Below are positions 23,326-33,881 of a stretch of 64,000 bases of DNA, piece by piece. This stretch comes from Escherichia coli. Its GTDB lineage: Bacteria; Pseudomonadota; Gammaproteobacteria; Enterobacterales; Enterobacteriaceae. How positions within the stretch are numbered: position 1 is the first letter of the stretch; each line of letters starts with the position of its first letter. Under the pieces are notes generated by a model that worked only from the letters and a program-made list of their open reading frames with translations, was not told the DNA's origin and did no database searches. The translations under genes and the position numbers were made by a program. The stretch is from the NCBI RefSeq assembly GCF_003018235.1, contig NZ_CP027437.1, one strand, 5' to 3'.

Positions 23326-24821
23326 TATGCAGACTCCTCTGAATACTGAAGACGGAACTGGTTAACCACGGCAAAGACACGCAACTGGTTAACATAGTCA
23401 GGCGGGAACAGCGTGTTCAGGCGGTTCGGATCGCTGGCATCACGCTCCACAACCAGGTACTGCTTAAACAGTTCGTAGTTTTCCACGATCCCCGCACGCT
23501 CAAGCTGACGGTAGGTTGCCAGCAGTTCCCCTTTGATCACCGCCGGGGTGACAATCGCCTGACCGGGACCAAAGCGGGTACCGTCACTGGCAAGCTTGTG
23601 ACGCCCGTACTTACTGGTAATGACGGATTTCAGTTTGCGCAGTACATACGCGCTGGTATGCAGTGTCTCACTGTCGAGGTAGCTGTTATCCGCAACCCCG
23701 TAAGCGTTTTTCCTGTACGTGGTGACATCACGCTGAATGCGCAGTACCCCGCTTTCGACATACGCCGTTGCCACGCCATGAGACAGCAGGGTCTGTTGTT
23801 CTGTCATCGTGAACCGTTTCCCCTTCGGCGCAGGCAGCATACCCACCATCTCACCGGTCTGCGTGGGACGTGCCGGATCGTTGCGGATAAACACCGCTGC
23901 GCGGGCGGTACGGCTGGCTGCCAGCTCGTCGGCAGGCGTCTGGGTCTCTTTTTCGTACCCCGCCAGGGTAATGTGCTGCTGGTTAAACTGGTCACCTGCG
24001 TTCACCAGTTCTGACAGTGTGCCGGCCTTTGCCGTATACACATGACCATACAGCTGACGCGCATAGCTCCAGCGACCGCTGGTATCGTTCATCTCGGTCA
24101 CCAGCGTGTTAACAGAGGCCGTGTCGTTGAACGGCAGACCGATATAATCAAACGGCTCATCCGCCATTGCAGCCACCGCGCCGGTGAGAACCGGAGCGCC
24201 CGTTCCGGCGGTCCCCGTCGCCACGGCAATCTGTACGCCCGCTGGCAGCACTTCGCCCCCACCGAAGCCGTAGTAATTGAGGCTGACAGGAATTTCATTC
24301 CCGCAAAGCCCCTTATGGCGAGCGGTCAATGTAACCACACCAGCCGAAGATGAGGCCGTAAACGGCAGGGCCGGAACGGCATTGATGGCATCTTTGATAC
24401 TGCTGGCAATCGTCGCGACGTTATCGCCGTTGGTCACCGGTGCCTGCACGCGGGTACGTCCCACATAAACATTCACCGTGCCGGTTTCGGTTGCTGCCCC
24501 GGTCACCGTCAGCGTAACTGTTGCCGCCGCGCCTGTGGATTCAGGAACGGCAATCACATACAGCTCGCCAAACGGGTCGGTCTGGCGATAAGCCTCGACC
24601 ATACGCGCCAGCTGACTTCCCGCACCACAAATCTGGCGTGCATAGTCTGCCGACGGCATCAGTACCAGACTGTTGGCAACAATCTCTGCACCGTTATTGG
24701 CATGACCAATCAGCAGCGATGCTCCGCTGTCCTGTGCAGTATTCGCCGCCTGGTTATCCATTTCCGCATAAAACAACGGAACCAGCGTATTCGACGGAAT
24801 GGTGTTAAAGCTTATCGTCAT
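23325..24821 (-). CDS. Contractile tail sheath protein
   Basis: 498-aa ORF; size and position (sheath-tube-chaperone-tape measure) typical of myovirus tails. Confidence 0.8.
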   Translation of the reverse strand: MTISFNTIPSNTLVPLFYAEMDNQAANTAQDSGASLLIGHANNGAEIVANSLVLMPSADYARQICGAGSQLARMVEAYRQTDPFGELYVIAVPESTGAAATVTLTVTGAATETGTVNVYVGRTRVQAPVTNGDNVATIASSIKDAINAVPALPFTASSSAGVVTLTARHKGLCGNEIPVSLNYYGFGGGEVLPAGVQIAVATGTAGTGAPVLTGAVAAMADEPFDYIGLPFNDTASVNTLVTEMNDTSGRWSYARQLYGHVYTAKAGTLSELVNAGDQFNQQHITLAGYEKETQTPADELAASRTARAAVFIRNDPARPTQTGEMVGMLPAPKGKRFTMTEQQTLLSHGVATAYVESGVLRIQRDVTTYRKNAYGVADNSYLDSETLHTSAYVLRKLKSVITSKYGRHKLASDGTRFGPGQAIVTPAVIKGELLATYRQLERAGIVENYELFKQYLVVERDASDPNRLNTLFPPDYVNQLRVFAVVNQFRLQYSEESA

Positions 24822-24975
24822 CGGTATTCACCTTTTTATTCACGCGCCGGATATCACCCGCTGCTTCACGGCGCAGCCAGTAGTTGTTCTCGTCAACATT
24901 TCGCCCTTCGGCGGGCAAAAGGTCGCCGCGGGCAGGGTCAGGCACTGACCGCCCTTTAACAGGTTTGACAAACAT
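24805..24975 (-). CDS. Small hypothetical protein (56 aa) upstream of sheath, below ORF-track threshold
   Basis: ATG-initiated ORF MFVKPVKGRSVPDPARGDLLPAEG… whose stop overlaps the sheath start; fills the only gap in a tightly packed operon. Confidence 0.35.
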   Translation of the reverse strand: MFVKPVKGRSVPDPARGDLLPAEGRNVDENNYWLRREAAGDIRRVNKKVNTDDDKL

Positions 24976-24983
24976 GAGGATCC

Positions 24984-25544
24984 TCAGGAAGGAAGGGTTA
25001 TTTCGGTGTGATGTTCGATATCGCCGTCAGGCCCGTTACCGGGCTCGAGATAATCAACATCAATCGCCAGCGTTTGCAGTTCATCCAGACTGTTCAGATC
25101 ATCCTGCTGGCGGGTATCGTCTTCAGTCAGCTCGCTGATGACCGAAAAATCGAACTGATAAGTCAGCTCATGACGATTCAGATCCAGCAGCGTGCCGCCG
25201 TCATAGGTAATCGGGTTACCGCACGCTTCCGGGTTCCAGCCCAGCAGGGCCTTAAAGAGCATCTGCCGGACATCGTCCACCACATCATACGAGGCAAACT
25301 GACCGCGCTCATCACGCCCGTTACTCAGTATGACAACCACGGAGAAGCCCTCTTTCAGCTCCTGCCAGTAGTCGGTCTGGCTTTTGTTTTCTCCCGGAGA
25401 GTCATCACCCGGTACCACATACGCCGCCGGGAGTCTCAGCTTTCCGACCTCCGGCAGATTTTTGAACTGTGCCGCGCCTGCCACCCGGTTTTCAAAATAC
25501 GGGCAGCGGGCACGCAGCGCAGCAATAACAGGCGTCAGTTTCAT
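24984..25544 (-). CDS. Putative tail completion / neck protein
   Basis: 186-aa ORF between head-tail joining genes and tail sheath; function inferred from position only. Confidence 0.4.
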   Translation of the reverse strand: MKLTPVIAALRARCPYFENRVAGAAQFKNLPEVGKLRLPAAYVVPGDDSPGENKSQTDYWQELKEGFSVVVILSNGRDERGQFASYDVVDDVRQMLFKALLGWNPEACGNPITYDGGTLLDLNRHELTYQFDFSVISELTEDDTRQQDDLNSLDELQTLAIDVDYLEPGNGPDGDIEHHTEITLPS

Positions 25545-26047
25545 CTGTGTCGTCGCTCCGGCTTCAGTGATTTACGCAATTCCCGCGCCAGAAAATAGCG
25601 TGTCCAGCTGCGGTTCTTTTCAAGCGCTTCCACCATGAAGTTATTACGTGGAGCCAGTCGCCAGCCGCTGCCACCGGATGCACCACGATGATGACTACGA
25701 CGACGTTTTGCTCCTCCCCGGACACCAAAAAACAGAAACGCCGGATAGAAGTCACCAGAGATCATCCGGTTCCCCTTCCCGTTGCGCTGGTTAGGGGCAA
25801 TGCGTGTCATAAAACCGGCTCGCTTTTTACTGGCTCTCGGCACCATATAACCAATCGAACGAGCCAGGCGTCCGGTCTGATAACCGGGGTTTTCACCCGG
25901 TGCCGACCGCGCACGGCGCATCACCAGCCGACGGGCATCACGCATATGACGCTGCCCAATCGTGACAAACGCCCGCCGGACACGGGCGCGGTTAAAGCGC
26001 ATCTCGGCGGGCTGCTGAACATCAACGTGAAAAAAGGGAGTCGCCAT
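25541..26047 (-). CDS. HK97 gp10-like head-tail joining protein (basic)
   Basis: 168-aa Arg-rich ORF in the head-tail joining block. Confidence 0.45.
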   Translation of the reverse strand: MATPFFHVDVQQPAEMRFNRARVRRAFVTIGQRHMRDARRLVMRRARSAPGENPGYQTGRLARSIGYMVPRASKKRAGFMTRIAPNQRNGKGNRMISGDFYPAFLFFGVRGGAKRRRSHHRGASGGSGWRLAPRNNFMVEALEKNRSWTRYFLARELRKSLKPERRHR

Positions 26048-26432
26048 TGCTGCCTCCGTGACTCTGCCTACATTCGCCCAGCTCCGTACACTCCAGCAGC
26101 AGAAAGCGCCGCGCCCCGTTCAGATCGCGCTGACGTTTCACCCGGTACACACTGTCACCGCAGACCACCTCATAATCAGCGGTGATCCCCCGGCGGTAAC
26201 GAATGGTGATGTAATGGGTGATGGCGTCCCCTGTCTGCGCGGTTTCCTGCCAGGTGGTGGCACTGGTCTGGATAACCTTCGCCCATGTCCGGAACGTAAC
26301 CGGGTATTGAGGCTCCACGCCAAAGTTATCCGCGGGCATATCCACCCGCAGGCGGATCAGGACGCGTTTATTCAGTTCACCGGGGTCCGGCAGAATGTAG
26401 GTTGCGCTGGTCTGCGCCTGACGAATTTTCAT
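26022..26432 (-). CDS. Head closure / head-tail adaptor protein
   Basis: 136-aa ORF in conserved position after the gp6-like connector. Confidence 0.5.
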   Translation of the reverse strand: MKIRQAQTSATYILPDPGELNKRVLIRLRVDMPADNFGVEPQYPVTFRTWAKVIQTSATTWQETAQTGDAITHYITIRYRRGITADYEVVCGDSVYRVKRQRDLNGARRFLLLECTELGECRQSHGGSNGDSLFSR

Positions 26433-26752
26433 TGCGGAAAGTACCTGTACGGGCCGACAAGCCAGCCAAAACTCTGCGGCATGTCGAGTTTCTCCACTTC
26501 CGTAACCGACGAGCGGTTTTCGTAAAAATGGCTGATAAGCATCAGCATCCCCAGACGAATATCATCCGGCAGGTGCAGCCCGTCCGGATCGCTCTCCGGA
26601 ATGGTTTCATCCGGTGCATAGAGCTTCCGGTTCAGATACGTTTCCGTCCGCTTTTGCGCCGCACAGGCCAGCAGTTGCAGATGGCGGTCATCAGCATCGA
26701 AATCCTCATCCAGCCGGAGTTGGGCTTTAATCTCTTCCATTGTCAGAAGCAT
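26429..26752 (-). CDS. gp6-like head-tail connector protein
   Basis: 107-aa ORF downstream of capsid gene; typical size and acidic N-terminus. Confidence 0.5.
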   Translation of the reverse strand: MLLTMEEIKAQLRLDEDFDADDRHLQLLACAAQKRTETYLNRKLYAPDETIPESDPDGLHLPDDIRLGMLMLISHFYENRSSVTEVEKLDMPQSFGWLVGPYRYFPQ

Positions 26753-26754
26753 AC

Positions 26755-26955
26755 TCAGCCCTCTTTACTGGTCGTGGCTTTTTTCTCTTTTGCCGCTTTA
26801 CTGCTTTTTGCACTGGTTCCGCGCTCTGCTAACCCGGCCTGAAGTGCAATCTCCTGCACCCGGGCAGGAAGCGCCCCATCGTCATACTCACCGGCCCGAA
26901 TGACCTCAACACGCATACCGTCCGGTGACCATTTCAGATCTTGTTTCAGGATCAT
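26755..26955 (-). CDS. Small hypothetical head-module protein (66 aa)
   Basis: ORF between major capsid and connector genes. Confidence 0.35.
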   Translation of the reverse strand: MILKQDLKWSPDGMRVEVIRAGEYDDGALPARVQEIALQAGLAERGTSAKSSKAAKEKKATTSKEG

Positions 26956-27004
26956 GATTCTTCACCCGTCAGAACAGGGGGCGCGGTTCCGCGCCCCTGA
27001 GTGA

Positions 27005-28210
27005 TTACGCCGCTGCAATCTTCAGCAGTTTGATGGCCTGCGAATCGACCAGCATCCCGCCGGTGCGCTTGGTGGTATAAAAACCGACAAACGGTTTATT
27101 GGTGTACGGGTCACGCAGAATGCGGGTGCCGATACGGTCAACGATGGTGTAACCCCGTTTGAAGTTACCAAATGCAATGGCTTTCGCATCAGCGGCGATA
27201 TCCGGCATCTGTTCGTTTTCAGCGATACCGTAACCCGCCAGAGAGGACGGCTGCCCCAGTTCCAGCCCCGGACGCCACAGATAGTTACCCTCGCTGTCTT
27301 TAAGCAGACGGATGGCAAACAGGCTGTTGTTGTTCATCATGAACTTCGCGCCAGTGCGGTGTGCCTTACGCAGCGTGTAAATCAGTTTGATAATGGCGTC
27401 TGCGGTCACCGCGGTCGCTTCGCCGGATACAATATGCTGAAGTTTGCCGAACGCCCGGACCTTGTCGGTTTCATCAGTGGATTCATACGCCAGGAACCCT
27501 TTCGGCTTCTTGGTGCCATCGCCTGAGGTAAAGGCAATTTCTTCCTGTTCGGCAAATTCGGTTGCCAGCTCGCTGTTGATCCAGGCCTCCACGTTGAAGA
27601 AGGCATCGTCCAGCATTTTCTGGGTAGCCTGCGGGTTGCCGTAGATTTCCCCCATGAGAGGTTCAATCAGCTCCAGTCTGGAGGTGGCAGTCTGGGATCG
27701 CGTATCCGTTTCCCCCACCCATCCGGAAGCCGTACCGCCCAGATTCACCAGTTTTTTGTAGTCGGAACCGCCAACGGTGATCACCGTGGCTTCCTGACGC
27801 ATCACCACTTCATCTTTCAGCAGGTTAAGAATGTTGCGATCCAGTTCTTCCGGCACGGCGTAGCCACCGTCTTCATCGGTACCCACCTGCAATGCCTTAC
27901 GCTCCAGATCGCGCAGACCGTCTTCACGGCCTTTACGTAGAAAGCCCACAAACGCCTCTTTATGCTCGGTGGCCAGTTTATTTTGCGCTCCACCTGCCGG
28001 ACGTTTCAGCTCAAGCAGCTCTTTTTCAAGGTCGCTTTTGAGATTTTCCAGCTCGCTGAGTTTCCCGTTCAGGGTTTCCACCTGCCCGGCAAGCTTGCCT
28101 TTTTCCTGCTCAATCGCATCCACGCGCTTGTCGTTCTTTGCTTTGAAGTCGTCAAACTTCTGCTGCAGCTCCTGCGCGACCTGTTCGACATCTTTAATAT
28201 CAACCGCCAT
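27005..28210 (-). CDS. Major capsid protein, HK97 fold (N-terminal coiled-coil delta domain)
   Basis: 401-aa ORF after prohead protease; N-terminal coiled coil followed by capsid core. Confidence 0.85.
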   Translation of the reverse strand: MAVDIKDVEQVAQELQQKFDDFKAKNDKRVDAIEQEKGKLAGQVETLNGKLSELENLKSDLEKELLELKRPAGGAQNKLATEHKEAFVGFLRKGREDGLRDLERKALQVGTDEDGGYAVPEELDRNILNLLKDEVVMRQEATVITVGGSDYKKLVNLGGTASGWVGETDTRSQTATSRLELIEPLMGEIYGNPQATQKMLDDAFFNVEAWINSELATEFAEQEEIAFTSGDGTKKPKGFLAYESTDETDKVRAFGKLQHIVSGEATAVTADAIIKLIYTLRKAHRTGAKFMMNNNSLFAIRLLKDSEGNYLWRPGLELGQPSSLAGYGIAENEQMPDIAADAKAIAFGNFKRGYTIVDRIGTRILRDPYTNKPFVGFYTTKRTGGMLVDSQAIKLLKIAAA

Positions 28211-28224
28211 CGTATTTCTCCTGA

Positions 28225-28911
28225 TTAGAAGTTCAGATTTTTCAGTGCATTCAGTGCAGAGCCCACATCCTCAGCGTCGCGCAGGGACAGTGCGCCATAG
28301 CCCCCGGCCATGAATGCTTTGGCCTGGGTACGGGAGAGTCCGACATCACGCAGGACTCTTTCGATTTTTTTCTGTTCGGGGATTTCCCCGCGGGCCAGCG
28401 CGTTCTTGACGTCGCTGATCCGCGCCTCGTCGTTAGACGGAAACGTCACCAGACTGACTTCCCAGAGGTCGATTTCTTTCAACAGAAAGGCTTCTTTGCT
28501 CCGGTCGTATTCCCAGTCTTTCAGGACGTACCCAATAGAAAGGCCGGTTAACGAACCGGCCTTCATGTGTGCATGTGCGCGTTTTGCGAGGGGATCATCA
28601 TCAATAAGCAACCGTCCCCTGACGTAAAGCCCGACATCGTCTTCCTTCATTTCGGTGTAAACACCGATGGGTTCATCCATGCGGTGCTGCCAGAGCAGCG
28701 CAGGTAACGCTTTTCTGTCACTCCACGCCCGCAGGGAAGCAGCAAATGCCCCGGACATCACCACATCATCGTGGCTGTCCTTTACACCAAAGACGGAGCC
28801 ATACCCTTCAAACTCACCGGAGTCACTGACAGATTTCAGACTCAGCGGTACATCAAGACGTTGTTTCGTCTGCATTGGCGTTATCCTTCTGCTTACCGGC
28901 TTTACTGCCAT
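28225..28911 (-). CDS. Prohead protease (HK97 family serine peptidase)
   Basis: 228-aa ORF between portal and capsid; protease-like N-terminal region. Confidence 0.75.
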   Translation of the reverse strand: MAVKPVSRRITPMQTKQRLDVPLSLKSVSDSGEFEGYGSVFGVKDSHDDVVMSGAFAASLRAWSDRKALPALLWQHRMDEPIGVYTEMKEDDVGLYVRGRLLIDDDPLAKRAHAHMKAGSLTGLSIGYVLKDWEYDRSKEAFLLKEIDLWEVSLVTFPSNDEARISDVKNALARGEIPEQKKIERVLRDVGLSRTQAKAFMAGGYGALSLRDAEDVGSALNALKNLNF

Positions 28912-30094
28912 CGGAGGGTTTCGTGGTCATGTTCATCGGTGTGAGATAGACATCCCCACCGGGACGCGGATTCATATCTTCCAGGTCGCGGCAGTCATTG
29001 GGAGAGTAAATTCCCCAGTTAATCCCGGTGGCGTAGGCTTCAAAACGGGACTTCATATCCCCGCGCAGTAACGCCCCGGCGTTAAATTTGGCGTAATAAA
29101 CGCCCTGCTTACTTTTTCGTACCAGTCCGGTGTTGATCCGCTGCTCAATGCGGGTCAGATACGGCACCAGTGAATAGTTGATAAATCCCAGCCCCAGCTC
29201 TTCGATATTGTTGAAGGTGGCGCGATCGGTGTTCTGCACCATGTGCAATGGCACACGGAACAGACGACAGATTTCTTCAAGCTGAAACTTGCGGGTTTCC
29301 AGGAACTGGCTGTCCTCGGCGTTCAGCGCCATCGACTTCCAGTCCAGCCCCATCTCAAGGATCATCGGGCGGTGAGCATTACCAAGCCCGGTGTGACGCT
29401 CCTCAAAATCTTTCTTCAGACGCTCATAAGCCTGATCCGACAGCGTCTGCTCTGTACGCAACACACCGGACGTCACCGCACCATTGCTGAACAGTCTGGC
29501 CCCGTGCTCTTCGGTCGCAGCTGCCAGCGATATTGCCTCGCGGGCATAGGCGATGGGATTCAGTCCCACCAGACCGTCCAGCGTCAGCGTGCGCACATGC
29601 CAGATATCTTCCTGGCTCAGTACATCCGTGGAGCCGTCCGGGAATGTGACCTGGTAAACCGGTTCCCAGCTACTGTTAAGCTTCGGTACCACACAACCTG
29701 GGTCGACGGGCAGCAGTTCAGCCACTTCGCCAAATGCTTTCACTTTGTAGGCGTAAAAGTTTCCCCGCAGGCACAGACAGGTGATCACCAGCTCCCAGAA
29801 CTCCTGCGGCGTCATATAGCCATTGGGATGCGTGGAGATCAGCTTATGCAGACGTTCGCCGGTGGCTCTCTGTTTCAGGCTGCCGTTCAGGTGATACAGG
29901 TTGCAGGGCAACATCCCGACCGACTCCGCCAGCACCCTGACGCAGGAAAAAACCGCCGTCAGTCGCATGGCCCGCTGGCTGCTGATCTGCTTTCCGGTAT
30001 AGGTGTCATATGACAGCCCGATAGCATCCGCCAGCTCTGCTGGCGTGGTCACCGGTGCGTCACTTTTTCGTTGAAATAATCCCGAAAAGAACAC
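28853..30094 (-). CDS. Portal protein (HK97 family)
   Basis: 413-aa ORF after terminase large subunit; conserved order TerS-TerL-portal-protease-capsid. Confidence 0.8.
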   Translation of the reverse strand: MFFSGLFQRKSDAPVTTPAELADAIGLSYDTYTGKQISSQRAMRLTAVFSCVRVLAESVGMLPCNLYHLNGSLKQRATGERLHKLISTHPNGYMTPQEFWELVITCLCLRGNFYAYKVKAFGEVAELLPVDPGCVVPKLNSSWEPVYQVTFPDGSTDVLSQEDIWHVRTLTLDGLVGLNPIAYAREAISLAAATEEHGARLFSNGAVTSGVLRTEQTLSDQAYERLKKDFEERHTGLGNAHRPMILEMGLDWKSMALNAEDSQFLETRKFQLEEICRLFRVPLHMVQNTDRATFNNIEELGLGFINYSLVPYLTRIEQRINTGLVRKSKQGVYYAKFNAGALLRGDMKSRFEAYATGINWGIYSPNDCRDLEDMNPRPGGDVYLTPMNMTTKPSDGSKAGKQKDNANADETTS

Positions 30095-30276
30095 TATTTA
30101 CCTCCGCCGACAGACGGCTGTGTACGGTCGAGATATCGCGCCACCAGCCACGACCAGAACAGGCACAGCGCCCCGGCAACAACAAACCCCGCCGGGGGAT
30201 AAATCAGCCAGGCACCATACGCCAGCAAAAGCGCACCCAGCACGCCCACCAGAGGCGCGAGAATCAGCATGATCAT
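30094..30276 (-). CDS. Small membrane protein (60 aa, two hydrophobic segments)
   Basis: ORF between terminase and portal. Confidence 0.35.
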   Translation of the reverse strand: MIMLILAPLVGVLGALLLAYGAWLIYPPAGFVVAGALCLFWSWLVARYLDRTQPSVGGGK

Positions 30277-30287
30277 AATTACCTCAG

Positions 30288-32021
30288 TTAAAGCGAGCGG
30301 ATCCCGTAGGACTCAATGTGATCAGACAGCGTGTCTTCTTTCTCGTACAGCATGGCTCTGCCAACCGCCATAATCAGCGCAACTGCACCATCAATTTTGT
30401 TTTCCGCCTGCTCCTTGACGGGCTTCACCACATCATCGTTACCCGGAATGGTTTTGCCGACCACGTTGCCGATACACCAGGTCATGATGGGATTGCCGTC
30501 ATGATGAAAACGCCCCGATTCAATTGCCGCTTCCAGCTCTTTCAGCGGGTCGGACATGTTGGTGTAGTTCTGAATGATGGTGATGGGGTTCAGGTCTTCA
30601 TCCGCAAGGTCATGCGACAGCCCGGTCGCCCCGAAGGGGTCGATGGGTGACTCACTGACCGGGCTGATTTTGTTCGCCGCTTTGGCCTCCTCGAGGATGT
30701 AGCGATAATCCACCTCCGCACCATCGGTAACGGTCAGAACGCCCATTTCCACCCATTTCTGAAAGCGCTCGGCTGTCCGGCGATCTTCATTTTTCTCGAC
30801 GCTGTACACCGTGTCATACGGTACCCAGAAGCGCGGAGCCACACTGTAGTAATGCGTTTTACCGTCAATCTCGCGGGTATAAAGTCGCGCCATACTGTTC
30901 ATATCCAGCTTACGCGCCAGGTCAAAGGCCAGAATGCACGGCTGCCCCTCAAACTGCTCAAGGGTCAGTGATTTATCCTCGCAGCTCTGCCAGCTCACCA
31001 GGTTGAAATACGCCGAACGCGCCGACACCCAGATATTGAGGTGTTTTGTTTTAAAGACGTTTGCCAGACGGGCGTTATTTTTCGCACGCTGCTGCTGACT
31101 TAACAAAAATTCGCGATAAACCGACACGCCAATATTTGGATTGGCTTTTTCCAGCACCTGCGGGTCGGTCCAGTCGTCACCTTCATCAACGGTATAGATG
31201 ATCCCGAACAGTTCATCGTTGGGCACCGAGCCGTTGAGCATCTCGATGACTTCCCGCCGCTTGTCGTAGCACGGCCCCTCAATGTTGTACCCGGCAGTAG
31301 TAATGGCCCACATCAGTGGCTGACGTCGCGCCCCCATCCCGGTAAGCATCGTGGTGTAAAGCGCATCGGTGGCGTGCTCGTGATATTCATCCACCACCGC
31401 ACAGTGGGGTGATGATCCATCACCGGGGTTACCGATCAGCGGTTCAAAACGCGCACCATCCTCCGGACGGTTCATGTTTGAGGCGTTAACCTCAATCCCG
31501 AACGCTTCCGTCAGCATGGGTGTGCGTTTACACATCAGTCGCGCCGGGCGAAAGACTTCCCACGCCTGTTTCTCTGTCGTGGCACCGGAATACACTTCCG
31601 CGCCAAACTCGTTATCACAGGCAAAACAATACAGGGCGACACCGGCAGAGATTGCCGATTTGCCGTTCTTACGGGGGATTTCGGTATACACCTCACGGAA
31701 GCGGCGCAGCCGGGAGCCTTTATTGACCCAGCCAAACGCGCAGCAGATCACAAAGAGCTGCCACGGCTCCAGCGTGATGGGCATCCTCTTGAATGCCCAC
31801 TCACCCTTGGTGTGCGGCAACAGCTGAATAAATTTGGCGGCCCGTTCAGCCAGGTCCTTGTCGAAGCGGTAACGAAACGACTTACTTTTTTCCGCCATCA
31901 GGTCATCAAGATGGCGCTGGCAGGCCTGAATCACAAACTGGCAGGCCACAATCTTTCCGCGAACGACATCCCGGGCATACTGATTGGCAGCATTTACGTT
32001 GGGGTAAGATTTCCGGCTCAT
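30288..32021 (-). CDS. Terminase large subunit
   Basis: 577-aa ORF with Walker A-like motif ([14 protein letters not shown]) and C-terminal nuclease region; overlaps small-subunit stop. Confidence 0.85.
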   Translation of the reverse strand: MSRKSYPNVNAANQYARDVVRGKIVACQFVIQACQRHLDDLMAEKSKSFRYRFDKDLAERAAKFIQLLPHTKGEWAFKRMPITLEPWQLFVICCAFGWVNKGSRLRRFREVYTEIPRKNGKSAISAGVALYCFACDNEFGAEVYSGATTEKQAWEVFRPARLMCKRTPMLTEAFGIEVNASNMNRPEDGARFEPLIGNPGDGSSPHCAVVDEYHEHATDALYTTMLTGMGARRQPLMWAITTAGYNIEGPCYDKRREVIEMLNGSVPNDELFGIIYTVDEGDDWTDPQVLEKANPNIGVSVYREFLLSQQQRAKNNARLANVFKTKHLNIWVSARSAYFNLVSWQSCEDKSLTLEQFEGQPCILAFDLARKLDMNSMARLYTREIDGKTHYYSVAPRFWVPYDTVYSVEKNEDRRTAERFQKWVEMGVLTVTDGAEVDYRYILEEAKAANKISPVSESPIDPFGATGLSHDLADEDLNPITIIQNYTNMSDPLKELEAAIESGRFHHDGNPIMTWCIGNVVGKTIPGNDDVVKPVKEQAENKIDGAVALIMAVGRAMLYEKEDTLSDHIESYGIRSL

Positions 32022-32521
32022 GATTCGATGATTTTCAGAAACGGGTTAGTGGCTTTCTTCTGCCCCGCCAGGCCAATCAGACGCTGGCGGCTGCTGGGGT
32101 CGAGTCCGAGCATTGCCCCCGTGCTGCTCATCTCGGACTCCTGTTCTTTTTTGGCGGTCAGCTCCGGGTTTTTGACCATACCGCCCATTGCACCGGTGAT
32201 GGTGTTGCCCTGGCTGGCAATATTCTTCACGGCACGTCGCCAGAACTCATAGGCCACGCACCACCGCTCAAGTACCGCCAGGTCAGTCACGCACAACAGG
32301 CCCTGACCGCAGAGTTCTTTGGTTGTCAGTTGCCACATGATCGTGGCGAGAGGGAGATCTTCTTCAGCGAACCACTCCGGTGGCTCAACACCTTTGATGG
32401 GCGTAAAAACAGGTTCATCTTTGTTCAGGGCTCGCTTGCCGGGGTTTCCGGCCAGCGCCTTGCGCGCCGTTGGCTTGGGGCGACGCCCGGAACGCCCCGC
32501 CGTTCCAGCCATATGCGGCAC
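32018..32521 (-). CDS. Terminase small subunit (P27 family)
   Basis: 167-aa ORF directly upstream of the large subunit. Confidence 0.75.
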   Translation of the reverse strand: MPHMAGTAGRSGRRPKPTARKALAGNPGKRALNKDEPVFTPIKGVEPPEWFAEEDLPLATIMWQLTTKELCGQGLLCVTDLAVLERWCVAYEFWRRAVKNIASQGNTITGAMGGMVKNPELTAKKEQESEMSSTGAMLGLDPSSRQRLIGLAGQKKATNPFLKIIES

Positions 32522-32637
32522 TCCTGGTTAAATTTCATTTTTCGCGGGTATAAAAAAACGATGGGGCGGGCAGTCCGGAAGACATCAGGTCACAGGGATT
32601 TGACCCGCCCCTCCCCTCTGGCAGTGGGAACTGGTTC

Positions 32638-32988
32638 TTACTTCAGCCATTCACGGGCCGTCTTCGCCTTGTGGCACGGCCAGCACAGACTCTGCAGATT
32701 ACTGTCGGCATCAGTGCCGCCATGTGCTTTAGGGATGATGTGGTCAACGGTTTTCGCCTCACGCACCACACCGGCACGCAGACATAACTGACACAGGCCT
32801 TTGTCACGCTTCAGGACACGCACGCGGATAACATCCCACTTCGAACCATAACCGCGCTGATGACGAGATTGTCCTGGCTTGTATTGCTTCCAGCCTTCGC
32901 TTTTATGGCTTTCACAATAGCCTGACGGGTCAGTAGTGGTATTGCGGCAACCGCGAACGCGGCAGGCTTTTGGTGTTCGTGGCGGCAT
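32638..32988 (-). CDS. HNH endonuclease associated with terminase (cos-cleavage helper)
   Basis: 116-aa ORF with paired Cys clusters and H-N-H motif (…VDHIIPKAHGGTDADSNLQSLCWPCHKAKT). Confidence 0.85.
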   Translation of the reverse strand: MPPRTPKACRVRGCRNTTTDPSGYCESHKSEGWKQYKPGQSRHQRGYGSKWDVIRVRVLKRDKGLCQLCLRAGVVREAKTVDHIIPKAHGGTDADSNLQSLCWPCHKAKTAREWLK

Positions 32989-33040
32989 ATCTACTCCAAT
33001 GAAAAAGCTACCGGTTGATAACCGATGGCTTTGATTGTTC

Positions 33041-33412
33041 TTACCTGTTTTGAAGAATCTCCCGCTTTCTTACAATACATTCCGTCGTTTCTCTATAGCT
33101 GCACACGTGCTCCCGTGAACATTGGTATGTGTGCAATTCGCCGATGGCATCACCGATACCAGTCAGCACATCTTTTTCATGCAGAATGGTCACCTGCAGA
33201 CGGTTGGTTGGGCAGATAATGTTTGAATAGTTCATTTTGGTGTCTCCTTTGCTTTCGAGACACCAAAATCCCATCACGACACGTTTACCGCCACAAACAT
33301 TATTGCAGGCACCCATTGAATACCTGCGGGACTGATAAACACAGCCTCCTCCATACGTAGTGAAACCATTTTCATATCTCCAGTAATGAATTCTTTGAAG
33401 AGTCGCAATCAA
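33041..33412 (-). CDS. Hypothetical protein (123 aa); coding status uncertain
   Basis: ORF between lysis cassette and HNH; contains a perfect 13-bp hairpin inside it. Confidence 0.25.
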   Translation of the reverse strand: MIATLQRIHYWRYENGFTTYGGGCVYQSRRYSMGACNNVCGGKRVVMGFWCLESKGDTKMNYSNIICPTNRLQVTILHEKDVLTGIGDAIGELHTYQCSREHVCSYRETTECIVRKREILQNR

Positions 33413-33605
33413 TACGACTCACTAATGGGGAGGCATGTCCAACGCGTTGGACGAGTTGCCTACTTGATTTAGATGACACTTTAGAAGGACAGAATGCCTT
33501 CCTCACTCAAATAACATCAATTAAGGAGGTTCAACATGCTTCGTTCCAAAAGTCAGTTGACTGTAATTATTACTACGTCACCTTATGCCGAAGACCTTTT
33601 CCGCT

Positions 33606-33881
33606 TCACTTTGAGCCTGATTCACTTCTACCTGACCGGCTCGCCTCTATCCTTCTGATCCCCGCTTTATCCAGATTGCACTGCCCTAGCGCCGACAACA
33701 GACTGACATTCAAATCTAGACTACCCGCATAAGTCAGCGGTTCAGAAATGGCTGGTTGCGGGGTTTCAGCGGTCAGACTCGCCGGTAACGGTATAGCCGG
33801 AACTGGCACGTAAACTGTCCGCGAACTTTCGCAACCGGTCAGCAGCGGCAGCAGGCACAGGGCGTACAGCACAATCATCAT
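33606..33881 (-). CDS. Putative o-spanin Rz1-like lipoprotein, overlapping and extending past Rz
   Basis: Alternative frame inside Rz: MMIVLYALCLLPLLTGC (lipobox) followed by a Pro-rich segment. Confidence 0.5.
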   Translation of the reverse strand: MMIVLYALCLLPLLTGCESSRTVYVPVPAIPLPASLTAETPQPAISEPLTYAGSLDLNVSLLSALGQCNLDKAGIRRIEASRSGRSESGSK

